Notes under the pieces: generated by a model | What the model was told of the DNA's origin: nothing | What the model saw: only the letters and a program-made list of their open reading frames with translations | Databases searched by the model: none | NCBI GenBank assembly: GCA_035561075.1 | Contig: DATMYF010000109.1 | Location: 17,409-81,408, forward strand | Reading direction: 5' to 3' | Source of the DNA: Bryobacteraceae bacterium | GTDB taxonomy: Bacteria; Acidobacteriota; Terriglobia; Bryobacterales; Bryobacteraceae | Length of the DNA stretch: 64,000 bases | Made by a program: the position numbers and the translations under genes | Part shown: piece by piece, positions 20,184 through 30,700 of the stretch | Numbering within the stretch: position 1 is the stretch's first letter | Layout: every line of letters begins with the position of its first letter

Positions 20184-21446
20184 TCACCCTTCCCGCAGGA
20201 TCTTTTCCATCACCCCGCAGAAGATGTCGATCTCGTCCACGGTGCTGTATATGCTTGGCGTTACCCGCACGCCTTCGTACTGTTTTCCGTGCGCTATAGA
20301 ACTGACCAGGATGCGGTGCTTGTCCCACAGCCGGTTGGCCAGCACGCCCCCGTTTATGCCTTCCACCGAGAACGTCCCAAGGCCGCAACTCTCGGCCGGG
20401 TCCCGGCTGGTAAGCAGGCGCACCCTTGGATGGGCCTTCAGCCGGTCCTCCCACAGGCTGCGCAGGTACCGCAGTCGCGCCGCCTTGCGCTCGCCCCCGA
20501 TGCTTTCATGGAGCGTCAGGGCCTCCGCAATGGCGTTGTGGCTGGCCGCCGGATGGGTCCCGAACTGTTCGAATTTGCGGATATCCTCCCGCAGCGAGTC
20601 TTCCGCTGCCAACAGGGGCCAAAGCTTCGCGATCTTCTCCCGGCGCACGTAAAGGAAACCAGTGCCGTGCGGGGCCACCAGCCATTTGTGCAGGCTGGTG
20701 CCGTAGTAATCGCAGCCCAGGTCTGAGGCGCGGAAGGGAAACTGCGCGAAGGCATGGGCCCCGTCCACAATGGTCTCGATGCCCCGTGCCCGCGCCATTT
20801 CGCAGATGCGCTTAACCGGGAAGATCTGGCCGGTCGTGAAAGTGATGTGGCAGAACAGGATCACCCGGGTCCGTGGCGTAACTGCGCGCTCGAACCGCTG
20901 ATAGAGGTCGTCGAGCGACGGTGCGGGCACCGGGAACTCCACGTACTTCACTACGATTCCGTCGCGCCGCTCCCGCTGCCTCCAGGCCGTCAGCATCCGG
21001 GGATAATCCTGGTCTGTGGTGAGCACCTCGTCGCCGCGCTTGAGATCCAGCCCAAGTTGGCAGGTCTCGAGCGCTTCGGTGGCGTTGCGCGTGATGGCCA
21101 GTTCCTCCGGGTCGCACCCGAAGGTTCGGGCCAGGCGCGCCCTTACATTTTCCAGCTCCGGTTCGAGCACCCGCCACATGTTGTGGGCGGGCGCCATATT
21201 GCTGAACTCCTGGTAGCGGCGCACGGCGTCCTGCACCACGCGCGGCGACGGGCTCACCGCGCCGTTGTTCAGGTTGATGATGTTGCGGTCCACCGCGAAG
21301 GCGGCTTGGATTTCCCGCCAGAAATCCTCATCATGGGCGGCTTCAGCCGGCGGGGCCTTATAGGCGGCCGTGGACTGTGCGCGCGCAGCCCAGTCGGACC
21401 GGAGAACAGCGGCACCCGCGGCGGCAAGAAATTGACGACGAATCAT
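20184..21446 (-). CDS. Tat-exported class V aminotransferase-fold PLP enzyme (isopenicillin-N-epimerase/cysteine-desulfurase-like)
   Basis: 420 aa; twin-arginine signal MIRRQFLAAAGAA…; class V fold with PLP-Lys context …YYGTSLHKWL…. Confidence 0.8.
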   Translation of the reverse strand: MIRRQFLAAAGAAVLRSDWAARAQSTAAYKAPPAEAAHDEDFWREIQAAFAVDRNIINLNNGAVSPSPRVVQDAVRRYQEFSNMAPAHNMWRVLEPELENVRARLARTFGCDPEELAITRNATEALETCQLGLDLKRGDEVLTTDQDYPRMLTAWRQRERRDGIVVKYVEFPVPAPSLDDLYQRFERAVTPRTRVILFCHITFTTGQIFPVKRICEMARARGIETIVDGAHAFAQFPFRASDLGCDYYGTSLHKWLVAPHGTGFLYVRREKIAKLWPLLAAEDSLREDIRKFEQFGTHPAASHNAIAEALTLHESIGGERKAARLRYLRSLWEDRLKAHPRVRLLTSRDPAESCGLGTFSVEGINGGVLANRLWDKHRILVSSIAHGKQYEGVRVTPSIYSTVDEIDIFCGVMEKILREG

Positions 21447-21487
21447 CGAGTGATCCCGTTGTTGGCCGTATTGTACCGTGGCCCGCG

Positions 21488-22876
21488 CTACGACGAGTAC
21501 TTCTTACGCCACGCTGCCAGTTCGGCGTTCAGGCGGTCGCGCGTGCTGACGAACTGCTGGTTGTCGTACTGGTTGGTGCGTTCGTTGGGATCGGTGCGGA
21601 GGTCGTAGAGCTCATTCGGCCCCTTACCGTCGTTGCGCACCACCACTTTATAACGGAAGTCGCGCACCATCCAGGTGTTGCGGAACTGGCCGAATACCAG
21701 GTTGCGCCACGGTTCCTTCTTGGGCAGGGGCTTGTTGGCGGCCACGGCCAGGTAGCTGCGCCCTGCCAGGTTGCGATTCGCCGGAGCGGAAACACCCGCG
21801 GCCTCGCACACGGACGGCAGGAAATCGCAAAAATCGATCAGCTCCGGCCGCGTATTGTCGGCGGGCAGGCGACCCATCCAGCTCCACATCATGGGGACCT
21901 GCATGACCTCTTCGTACATATTCGGCGGGTCCGAGGCGAGACCCTTGCTCCACAGCCCGTGCCGTCCCAGCAGGTAGCCGTTATCGCTGGTGAAGATCAC
22001 CAGCGTGTTGTCGAGCCCCCCGGTGCGCGCCTGAAGCTTCTTAAACAGCGCTGCAACCTGGTCGTCCAGCGCCGTGGTGGCCGCCGCCGCCCGCCGGATG
22101 TTGGCCACCGGGTCCTTCATCATCTCTTTTTCCCGCAGGGCATTCGCCGCCATGGGCTGCCACCCGACGGTGTCGAAGGCGGTGTTGGCGTACATGTCGT
22201 AGTACTGCTGCGGGTGTCCATCATACGGAGTATGGGGATTCAGGTAGCTCACGGTGAGGAAGAACGGCCGCGAGGCATTCTGGCGGTCCAGGAATTCGGA
22301 GGCACGCGCAGTGATGAGGTCTCCCAGGTAGCCCTTTTCCTGTACGCTCTTCCCGTTGAGATTCATGGCCGGGTCCTGATAGGGGCCCGAGTCGCCCGGC
22401 ATGGTGTACCAGAATTTGTAACCGTGCTGCGGTTCCTCGGCGCTCCCCATGTGCCACTTGCCGGTATAGCCGCACTCGTAGCCGGCGTCTGCCAGCACGT
22501 CGGAGATCATGACCTCGTTGCGGAACGACGGCGGCGGCGCAGCCTGCCCCTGCGCCGGGTTGGCAATGGGTTCGGGCGTGAGGAAGTCGTGGATTCCGTG
22601 TTGCATGGGGGTGCGCCCGGTGAACAGGGTGGCGCGGCTGGCCGAACAGATAGGCGTCACCACGAAGCTGTTAATGAAGCGCGTGCCCATGCGGGCCAGG
22701 CGATCGATATTCGGCGTGCGGATTTCCTTGTTCCCGTAACAGCCGAGCATCCAGGCGGCGAGATCGTCCGCCAGTATGAGAACAATATTGGGGCGTTGAG
22801 GCGTGGCCTTCCGCTGGGCGGCAGCGGGCAAAGCCATGCTGCCCATGAAGAAATGACGCCGTGTGATGGGGGGCAT
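21488..22876 (-). CDS. Tat-exported sulfatase (arylsulfatase family)
   Basis: 462 aa; Tat signal TRRHFFMGS…; sulfatase signature …PICSASRATLFTGR… (Cys that becomes formylglycine) and …GKWHMG…. Confidence 0.9.
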   Translation of the reverse strand: MPPITRRHFFMGSMALPAAAQRKATPQRPNIVLILADDLAAWMLGCYGNKEIRTPNIDRLARMGTRFINSFVVTPICSASRATLFTGRTPMQHGIHDFLTPEPIANPAQGQAAPPPSFRNEVMISDVLADAGYECGYTGKWHMGSAEEPQHGYKFWYTMPGDSGPYQDPAMNLNGKSVQEKGYLGDLITARASEFLDRQNASRPFFLTVSYLNPHTPYDGHPQQYYDMYANTAFDTVGWQPMAANALREKEMMKDPVANIRRAAAATTALDDQVAALFKKLQARTGGLDNTLVIFTSDNGYLLGRHGLWSKGLASDPPNMYEEVMQVPMMWSWMGRLPADNTRPELIDFCDFLPSVCEAAGVSAPANRNLAGRSYLAVAANKPLPKKEPWRNLVFGQFRNTWMVRDFRYKVVVRNDGKGPNELYDLRTDPNERTNQYDNQQFVSTRDRLNAELAAWRKKYSS

Positions 22877-22923
22877 GAACTACCAGTATAAGGAACGTTC
22901 TGATACACTGGGGAAGAACACGC

Positions 22924-23000
22924 GGCGGCGTAGCTCAGTCGGTTAGAGCGACGGTCTCATAATCCGTAGGTCAGTGGTTCGAATCCACTCGCCGCCACCA
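22924..23000 (+). tRNA. tRNA with CAT anticodon (tRNA-Met elongator; tRNA-Ile2-lysidine not excluded)
   Basis: Cloverleaf: acceptor GGCGGCG/CGCCGCC; D-arm TAGCTCAGTCGGTTAGAGC; anticodon loop tCTCATAAt; T-arm GGTTCGAATCC; 3' ACCA encoded. G1-C72 paired, so not an initiator. Confidence 0.85.
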
Positions 23001-23011
23001 GTGGCGTCCAC

Positions 23012-23572
23012 CTACTGCTTCTTCCTGGTACTCTTTTTCCGCGCCGGCGCAGCCGACTTCAGCATCTTATCGATCTCGGCGCGAATGCTTGCGGCTGGAG
23101 TCTTGAAGAACGCATCTTCGCCCGCATATTGCGCCCGAATTACGCCCTCCCGGTCGATAAATGCCATTTTTGGCACATAACCCGGCACCATGACCGGGAT
23201 CTGAAGGAAGTCCAGCGCTGCATCGCGGTCGTTCCAGCCAACCGGGTAGCTGGGACGGAATCGCTGGATGAAAACCGGCACGTGCACGGCTGCGTTGTCG
23301 TCCATCGCGGACATGACCACCTGAACGCCCTTCGGGCCATACTCCTTCTGGATTTCCGTGAGCGCTTTAGTGACTTCCTGGCAATGTGGGCAGTTGGTGT
23401 TGATGAACGTCATCGCCACCACCTTGCCGCGGAACTGCTTGAGCGGCAGTTTCGAGCCGTTCGGCAGATTGATGCTGAAATCCGGGGTCGCGGGGCGGGG
23501 AATCGTCGCTGCTCGCGCGGGTAGCGCGGCGGCCGCGCTGAGTAACAGGAAGTGTCGACGTGATAACGACAT
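23012..23572 (-). CDS. exported thioredoxin-fold thiol:disulfide oxidoreductase (TlpA/ResA-like)
   Basis: Start at MSLSRRHFLLLSAAAALPARA; CxxC active site …NTNCPHCQ…. Confidence 0.8.
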   Translation of the reverse strand: MSLSRRHFLLLSAAAALPARAATIPRPATPDFSINLPNGSKLPLKQFRGKVVAMTFINTNCPHCQEVTKALTEIQKEYGPKGVQVVMSAMDDNAAVHVPVFIQRFRPSYPVGWNDRDAALDFLQIPVMVPGYVPKMAFIDREGVIRAQYAGEDAFFKTPAASIRAEIDKMLKSAAPARKKSTRKKQ

Positions 23573-23599
23573 AGCCACTTCCTTTATACTACGGATTGG

Positions 23600-24577
23600 A
23601 TGCAAGATTTTGTCCCCCTCTTCGCCGGCGGGCATGTTCAGACGCTTGCCAGTCACTTCTGGAGACGTCCTCTCGATACGGTTGCGTTTCCGGTCACGCG
23701 GCGTCTTTACCGGACTGAACCCGAGGTAGAGGTTCTGGTGGAATCCCAGCGGCCGCGGGGCGCTGCCCGGGGCGAACTCGTAATGGTGCACGGCCTCGAA
23801 GGCTCCGGGGAGGCCGGCTACATGCGCGGGCTCAGCCAGGCGGCCCTCGACGCCGGTTTCGCCGCCCACCGCTTCCATATGCGCACCTGCGGCGGCACCG
23901 AGCATCTCTGCCAAACCCTCTACCATTCCGGGCTCACCAGCGACCTTCTCGCCGTCCTGCGGGAGATGGCGGCCGACGGTCTGGGGCCCGTTTTCCTGGC
24001 AGGGTTTTCGCTCGGTGGAAACGTGGTCCTGAAACTCGCCGGTGAATTGCGGGAGGATGCCCCCGCCCTGTTCCGCGGGGTATGCGCGGTCTCAACCCCC
24101 ATTGATTTGGCGGCATCGTGCGACCGCCTGGCCAAATGGGATAATCGCCTTTACGAATGGCGCTTCATCCGCAGTATGCAGCGGCGCCTCTCGGCGACCG
24201 GGCGCTATCGGGCGGAGGATTTCGCCGGGGTGCGCTCCATACGGGACCTGGACAACCGCATCACCGCGCCCGCGTTCGGCTTCCGCGACGCTCTGCACTA
24301 TTACCAGTCACAGTCCGCCGCCCTGTACCTCGACAATATCCGGGTACCCGCCATGCTCATACAAGCCCAGGATGACCCCATTATTCCTTTTGAGAGCTAC
24401 CATCACCCGGCCTTCGGAACCAACCCGAACCTGACGCTCCTGGCGCCCGATCACGGGGGCCATGTCGGCTTCGTGGCCCGCGGAAATCCCCGCTTTTGGG
24501 CCGAAGCGGCGATCATAGAGTGGATTTCTTTCGAGATCGAGGGAACAAACACGGCGTCCACGTCGTCTTCCCATTGA
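23600..24577 (+). CDS. alpha/beta-hydrolase (YheT-type)
   Basis: 325 aa; nucleophile-elbow GFSLGGN; YheT-like N-terminal region. Confidence 0.8.
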   Translation: MQDFVPLFAGGHVQTLASHFWRRPLDTVAFPVTRRLYRTEPEVEVLVESQRPRGAARGELVMVHGLEGSGEAGYMRGLSQAALDAGFAAHRFHMRTCGGTEHLCQTLYHSGLTSDLLAVLREMAADGLGPVFLAGFSLGGNVVLKLAGELREDAPALFRGVCAVSTPIDLAASCDRLAKWDNRLYEWRFIRSMQRRLSATGRYRAEDFAGVRSIRDLDNRITAPAFGFRDALHYYQSQSAALYLDNIRVPAMLIQAQDDPIIPFESYHHPAFGTNPNLTLLAPDHGGHVGFVARGNPRFWAEAAIIEWISFEIEGTNTASTSSSH

Positions 24578-24578
24578 A

Positions 24579-25820
24579 ATGCAGACCCAACGTGCGTCCT
24601 TTTGGGAGGCCGTGACGGGCGCGGCGGCTTCGCTGCGCTCCAGCAAGCTGAGGAGCTTTCTCACCCTGCTTGGCATCATCCTGGCGACCACCACCCTCAT
24701 CGCGGTAATGAGCGTGATCAATGGGATGAACGTTTATGTGGCGCAAAATGTTTCGGATATGGGCGCGGACGGGTTTCGGGTGATACGCATCTTCATGGCC
24801 CAGTGGGACCCCAAGAAGTTCCTTGAGATGCAGCGGCGTAATCCGCAACTCAGCCGCGAGGAGTTTCAGTTCCTGAAGAGCCGCTCCACGCTGGTGAGGG
24901 AGTGGGGCATCGAGGCCGGGCGTCGCGTGAGCGTTGGCTCCGGCAAGGAACAACTGGAAAACGTCAGCCTGGGGGGCGTGACCGCCAACATCGGGGTAAT
25001 TAATAACGTCCAGCCCGCGGAGGGCCGCTTCATTGGGGAGATTGACGACCAGCGACGCCTGATGGTGGCGTTCATCGGCAACGATCTGAAAGACAAGTTC
25101 TTCCCGGGCGCCAACCCCATCGGCAAGCGCATCAGCGTGCAGGGCCGCCCGTTCGAGGTGATCGGGGTGGCCAAGCCCAAAGGCTCGGTGTTCGGCAATT
25201 CGCAGGACGCCTTCGTCTACATCCCGGTGGAGACCTATTTCAAGCTGTACGGCTCGCGCCAGGGCATGGCATACTGCGCCAGCGCCATCGATCACGAGCA
25301 TCTTTTTCGAGCGCAGGAAGAAACCCGCATGTTGCTACGCGCCTACCGGCACCTGGGGCCCAAGGCGGACGACACCTTCAATATGCTCTCCTCCGATTCC
25401 CTGGTGCAGATCTGGGACCGGCTGACCGGCGCCATCGCGGCCACTGCGATAGGGGTGGTTTCGGTGTTCATGGTGGTGGGCGGGGTGGTGATCATGAATA
25501 TCATGCTGGCCGTGGTCACGGAGCGCACCCACGAGATCGGCATCCGGAAGTCCGTGGGGGCGCGCCGCGTGGACATCCTTAACCAGTTTCTGGTGGAATC
25601 CTCAATGCTTTCCGGGATTGGCGGATTTATAGGGGTGATGCTGGCGTGGGTGGCGGCGGTGCTGGTGCGCAACTTGACGCCGGTGCCCATGGTCTTGCCA
25701 ATGAGTGCGGTGGTCATCGGGGTGGTGCTGTCGGCTGCGGTAGGGCTGTTCTTCGGCATCTACCCGGCGCAGAGGGCTGCGAAGCTCGATCCAATCGTGG
25801 CCCTGAGGGTGGAGAAATGA
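24579..25820 (+). CDS. ABC transporter permease, FtsX/MacB-like (no fused ATPase)
   Basis: 413 aa; N-terminal TM, large periplasmic domain, C-terminal FtsX 3-TM bundle (…ERTHEIGIRKSVGARR…). Confidence 0.85.
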   Translation: MQTQRASFWEAVTGAAASLRSSKLRSFLTLLGIILATTTLIAVMSVINGMNVYVAQNVSDMGADGFRVIRIFMAQWDPKKFLEMQRRNPQLSREEFQFLKSRSTLVREWGIEAGRRVSVGSGKEQLENVSLGGVTANIGVINNVQPAEGRFIGEIDDQRRLMVAFIGNDLKDKFFPGANPIGKRISVQGRPFEVIGVAKPKGSVFGNSQDAFVYIPVETYFKLYGSRQGMAYCASAIDHEHLFRAQEETRMLLRAYRHLGPKADDTFNMLSSDSLVQIWDRLTGAIAATAIGVVSVFMVVGGVVIMNIMLAVVTERTHEIGIRKSVGARRVDILNQFLVESSMLSGIGGFIGVMLAWVAAVLVRNLTPVPMVLPMSAVVIGVVLSAAVGLFFGIYPAQRAAKLDPIVALRVEK

Positions 25821-27043
25821 CGAGCGGAGCGCTTCGCGCGGGTGTGCAGATCGCCCTCGCCACCGTGCGGGAGCACAAGATGCGGTCGTTCCTGACCGTA
25901 CTTGGGGTGGTCATCGGGACCGGGGCGGTGATCGGGGTGGGCTCGATCGTGGCCGGCCTCGATACCGCCATCACCAACATTCTGCGCAGTTTCGGGCCGG
26001 AAACCATGATTGTGCTCAAGGGTAAGGCAATGGGCGGCTGGACTCCCGAGGAGGTCCGGCGCAAACCGCTGACGCTTGAGCATGCCCACGCCGTTCAGGA
26101 GCGCTGCCCCTCGGTCGAGCATGCCAGTCCCTACCTGTTCCCCGCCCGCGGCATGCACAAGGCGCGGTACAAGGGAAACGACGTCTACAACGTCGAGATC
26201 GGCGGCACGGAGGAAGGCTACGCCGCCGGTGGCACCACCATGCGGGCCGGCCGCTTCTTCACCGATATGGAAAGCCGCCGCCGGATGCCGGTAGTGGTGG
26301 TCGGTGAGGCCATCGGGAAATCCTGGTTCGCTAATGTGAACCCGATCGGGAAGTGGATCGAGGTGGACGGCCACGCGGTGGAGATCGTCGGGGTGATGGA
26401 CAAGCCGGCCGCGTCCCTGCCCGGTCACGAGGACCTGCGAATCCTGTTCCCCTACTACAGCATGCGGAAGATGTTCCCCAGCGCCCGGGAGCACATGCTG
26501 GTAATCATGGCCAAACCCGGCCTGCTCGCCACGGCGCAGGACGAGGTGCGCACCATCCTGCGGCTCGAGCGCAGGGTTAAGCCCGGGCAGCCGGACAACT
26601 TCTCCATTTCGACGGCCGAGCAGATGATCGAGGAATTCCATCGCGTAACCAGCACGGTGGCGCTGGTGATGGTGATCCTGAGTTCCATCGGGCTGCTGGT
26701 GGGGGGCATCGGGGTCATGAACATCATGCTGGTCTCGGTGACCGAGCGGACCCGCGAAATCGGGGTGCGTAAGGCCGTAGGAGCGCGCCGCGGGGACATC
26801 GTGCTGCAATTTCTGACCGAGGCCGTGGTCCTGACGATGTTGGGCGGCCTGCTCGGGATGGCGCTGGGGTGGATAATCTCGCGGATTGCGGGCCTGGTCT
26901 TTCCCTCGCTCCCTACCGCGGTGCCGTTGTGGGCCGTGGTTTCGGGCCTGATGGTGTCTGTGGGGGTGGGGCTCTTCTTCGGCATCTGGCCGGCCACCAG
27001 GGCGGCGCGGCTCGACCCTGTGGATGCTCTGCGGTACGAGTAA
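25817..27043 (+). CDS. ABC transporter permease, FtsX/MacB-like (paralog)
   Basis: Start at MTSGALRAG… (ATGA overlap with the upstream stop); …ERTREIGVRKAVGARR… motif. Confidence 0.85.
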   Translation: MTSGALRAGVQIALATVREHKMRSFLTVLGVVIGTGAVIGVGSIVAGLDTAITNILRSFGPETMIVLKGKAMGGWTPEEVRRKPLTLEHAHAVQERCPSVEHASPYLFPARGMHKARYKGNDVYNVEIGGTEEGYAAGGTTMRAGRFFTDMESRRRMPVVVVGEAIGKSWFANVNPIGKWIEVDGHAVEIVGVMDKPAASLPGHEDLRILFPYYSMRKMFPSAREHMLVIMAKPGLLATAQDEVRTILRLERRVKPGQPDNFSISTAEQMIEEFHRVTSTVALVMVILSSIGLLVGGIGVMNIMLVSVTERTREIGVRKAVGARRGDIVLQFLTEAVVLTMLGGLLGMALGWIISRIAGLVFPSLPTAVPLWAVVSGLMVSVGVGLFFGIWPATRAARLDPVDALRYE

Positions 27044-27049
27044 GGCGGC

Positions 27050-27691
27050 GTGCTATACTCCGCCTTGAAACTTCGCAGACCCTACCTGATTGGCATCGCC
27101 GGGCCTTCCGGCGCAGGCAAAACCACGCTCGCGGAAAGGATCGCCCGCGACCTTGGCGCGCCCATCCTGTCGCTTGACTGCTACTACCGGGAGCTTGCGC
27201 TGCCCCTTGAGGAACGCGCGTGCATGAATTTCGACGAGCCCGATGCGCTCGACCGGGGCTTGCTGTTCGCGCAACTGTCGCAACTCGCCGGCGGCACCGA
27301 TATTCTGGTCCCGGTCTACGATTTCTCGCGCCACACCCGTGCCCCCGAAACCACCTTGCTGCGCGCCGGAGAGTTCATCATCGTGGAAGGCCTTTTCGCG
27401 CTCTATTGGGAAGAAATACGCGCGCTCTTCGGCACCAAGGTGTTCGTAGCGGCGGAGGATGGGCTGTGTTTTGAGCGGCGGCTGGAGCGTGATACGAGGG
27501 AGCGCGGCCGATCGCAGGAGTCGGTGTTCGAACAGTACCGGCAGACCGTGCGGCCCATGGCTGAGCGCTACGTGTTGCCTACCCGCGCTTTCGCGGATGT
27601 GGTCGTCGCCGGCACGGGTTCGCTCGACCTCTCCGCGGCCGCGGTGCTGGACCACGTCGGGCAGACCCGTGCGATTGCGGCCAGCGCTTAA
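27050..27691 (+). CDS. udk: uridine kinase
   Basis: 213 aa; P-loop IGIAGPSGAGKTTLA; uridine/cytidine kinase family. Confidence 0.8.
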   Translation: MLYSALKLRRPYLIGIAGPSGAGKTTLAERIARDLGAPILSLDCYYRELALPLEERACMNFDEPDALDRGLLFAQLSQLAGGTDILVPVYDFSRHTRAPETTLLRAGEFIIVEGLFALYWEEIRALFGTKVFVAAEDGLCFERRLERDTRERGRSQESVFEQYRQTVRPMAERYVLPTRAFADVVVAGTGSLDLSAAAVLDHVGQTRAIAASA

Positions 27692-27705
27692 TACACTCGA
27701 ATCCT

Positions 27706-27748
27706 GCCGCTCCCTCGCGGCCTGGAAGTGCGACCGCGAGGGAGCGGC
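27706..27748. terminator. bidirectional hairpin terminator between convergent udk and TonB-like receptor gene
   Basis: 15-bp perfect stem gccgctccctcgcgg / ccgcgagggagcggc with a 13-nt loop, located between the two stop codons. Confidence 0.6.
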
Positions 27749-27754
27749 GCCTGC

Positions 27755-30700
27755 CTAGAAAGTTACCTTGGCCTGTACCTGCATCCACCGCTTCAGGGAG
27801 GTAGATGTCGTTACACGGCCGAAGTCCGTCGAGGTCGGGGTGGTGTTCGGTGCGTCCATAATGGTCCGGTTTAGGGCGTTCAACACGTCCCACCTGACCT
27901 GCACCTTTACCCCTTCCTTCACCGTGAACTCCTTGGCGAGGTTCCCGTTCAGCACGCTGTAGCTGTGTGCCCGCAGATCGTCGATCTGCACCGGGAAGAC
28001 GCGACGGTGGAAGCCTGCTGGACCCTTGGCCGCAACCCGCTCGAAGTTGGCGGTGTTGAACCAATTCTCGAACGTCTGCTCGCCGCTGGTGATGTCGGCC
28101 AGGTTCCCGTAGTAGAACAGGTTGCCGAAGCCGACGATGGCGCCCGGCTGGTACTCATAGGCTACGCTGAGCTGCCAGCCGCCAACGAGCAGGTTCAACG
28201 GTCCACCGGTCTTCAGGAACGGCTTGCCCTTTCCGAACGGCAGTTCCGCCACGCTGGTGGCCACGAACCGGTGCGGGCGCGCGTTGTTGCTCTTCCGCCA
28301 GCTTGGCTCGGTGTCCCAAGTGTTGTAGTAATAGTCTTTCGCGTTCACGCGCAAGCCCGTATAACCGACGTAGAAATTGAACCCATCGGCGAAACGGCGC
28401 TCGAAGGTCACCTCAATTGCATCGGTGCGGACCTTGCCCACCGGCTCGGTGCCGGTCACTGTCCCCATGTGCGGGAACGGGTAGAGCAACTGGTATTTCC
28501 GGATCGTCGAAGAGGTGAAGAACGACTTGGTCGCGAGGTCCTTGTAGAGCAGCGGGTTGCTGGTCTGCAGGGAGGCGAAATTGGCGATGTTAAACGGATT
28601 GCTGACGTTGAGGTTCAGGTTGGTGGCAATCGCGTCGTTGCGTACGAGTCCGTCGGCCCAGTACTGCTCGGGCACGTTGTTCAGCGCATGCGCTACGCCC
28701 ACCTGGTCGCTGTAGGATCCGGCATAGGCCACATCCAGCATCATGCTCTTGCCGAACTGCCGCTGCCCACCCACGCGCCAGCGCTGCTGCCGCGCGCGCG
28801 GGGTGTCGTAGTACATCCCGGACCAGCTCCCGCCCAGCAGGGACTGCGTGCCAAGCTGGTTGCCGAGCGGAGTGTCGAAACGCGTGCCGTCCGCGCGCAC
28901 AGGGAACGGATCCTTGATCGGAGATACACCGTTCACCGGGTCGCCGATCAGCCAGTCCATGCCGAAATTGTTGGTGAGGATAGGACCGGTGCTGCGGCTG
29001 TAGTTGAGCTGATTCGGCGACAGGTTCAGTGCGTTGATGGTGTCCTGGAAGATGCCGTAGCCGGCGCGGATTACGAGTTTCGAGTTCACCGCGTAGGCTG
29101 TCGAGATGCGTGGCAGCCACATGGTGGCGCTTTTTACCAGGTTGCGTGGCGCGTTCTGGCCCGCGTAGAGGGCACCGCCCGCGATCTTGAAATTCGCGGC
29201 GGCCAGTTCCGGAATCGGCTTGGCCGCATAAGCCGCCTGTGCCGCTCCGGTGATAGGCTGTTGTACGGTCGGATCGAAGTACGTCAGCATGCGATCGAAG
29301 CGCTCCACCGGCCCGGGTTCGTGCTCGATGCGTAATCCCAGGTTGATGTTCCACTTGCGATTCACGCGCCAGGAATCCTGCAGATAGCCGGCGTAGTAAG
29401 GAGACTTCAGCGCGTACGTATCCAGCTTGCCCGCGCTCCAGGAGCCCAATCCCATCATGAACGACGCCCAGGAGTGTCCCAGGTTGGCGGCGGGAGTCTT
29501 GCCGTCGTCCTCGCGCCGCGTGTACGCGTTGCTGAAGCTAAAGTAGCCGGACGGGTAACCGTTGGTGCCACCGTTGCGGTTTGTCATCCGAACGTCCACG
29601 CCTCCCCGTAGCGAATGCCCGCTGCGGATATGCGTGACATCAAGCTTAGTCATGGACGTCTGCCCGAACACCATGCGCTCGCTTACCAGTCCCATGGTGT
29701 TGTATCCGGAGGCGGTCACGAAAGGCAGCATCGTGTCCGTGCCGGCGAAAGCGTCCATATACGCGGGCAGCCCGACGTCGGTGGGCTTAAACTTGCGCGC
29801 GCCCGGAGCCGAGGTGGTGACCGAATCGTAGCGATGGAAGGATGCCGACCAATCGATAACAGTGCTCGCGGTGGGGGTGTACACCCAGTCGAACACGCTG
29901 CCAAGGTTGCGGCGGATGCCACCGGTGGTCTGCAGGCCGCGGACAACCTGGTGGGCCCAGTCGCGCATATCCAGGAAGTAGTCGTCCCAGGTCCAGCGGC
30001 CGAACATACGGTGCTTGGAAGCCGGCTGGAAATCGAGCCGGTTAGTCAGGCCGTCGTAGGTAGACATGGTCGGGACATCCACGCCCAGGTAGTTGTTGGT
30101 CGGTTCGCGGGTGGGGTCCAGCGGTTCGTTGTTGGGTGTTGGCAGCAGCTTGGCGTAACTCGAATACATCGGGTTGGTGATGCGGCTCTTGGGCAGCACG
30201 TTCCCGGGGATCGGGGTCCGGACGTAGTGGCCCGCGCGCTCCGGATCGCTGCGGATGCTGAGCGGATCGTAGATCTGGTAATAGCTGGTGTTCACGTTGA
30301 GCAGCGACGAGAAATCACCCTCGCGGTGCGCCATGCTGGGGAAGGTGTGGTTCAGTTCGTAAGAGGGCAGCGTGGTGCGCCAGCGGTCTCCCGAGTAGCT
30401 CAGGAAGAAGAACAGTTTATTACGCCCGTCGAAGATCTTCGGCAGCACCACGGGGCCGCCCACGGTGGCCGCGAACGTGTTGCGCCGGCCGCTGGTCTGC
30501 TTGTCCTTGGCGCGCATCGCGTCGGCCGCCGCAGTGTTCCCCGCGGCTTCGGCTGCCGCAATGTTCTGGTAATACAGCTTGCGTGTGAAGAACGGCGTGG
30601 CGTTCCAGCGGTTCTGGTTATGCACGCTGCTGGCGGACCCATGCAACTGGTTGGTGCCGCCCTTCGAGAGCATGGTGATCACGAGCCCGGAGGTCTGCCC

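Noticed and set aside
21377-22891. 504-aa + strand ORF
   Set aside because: Antisense to the Tat-sulfatase gene (sulfatase active-site motif present on the minus strand).
22924-23600. tRNA as a genomic-island integration site
   Set aside because: No integrase, direct repeat of the tRNA 3' end, or compositional shift immediately downstream; adjacent genes are ordinary redox/hydrolase genes.
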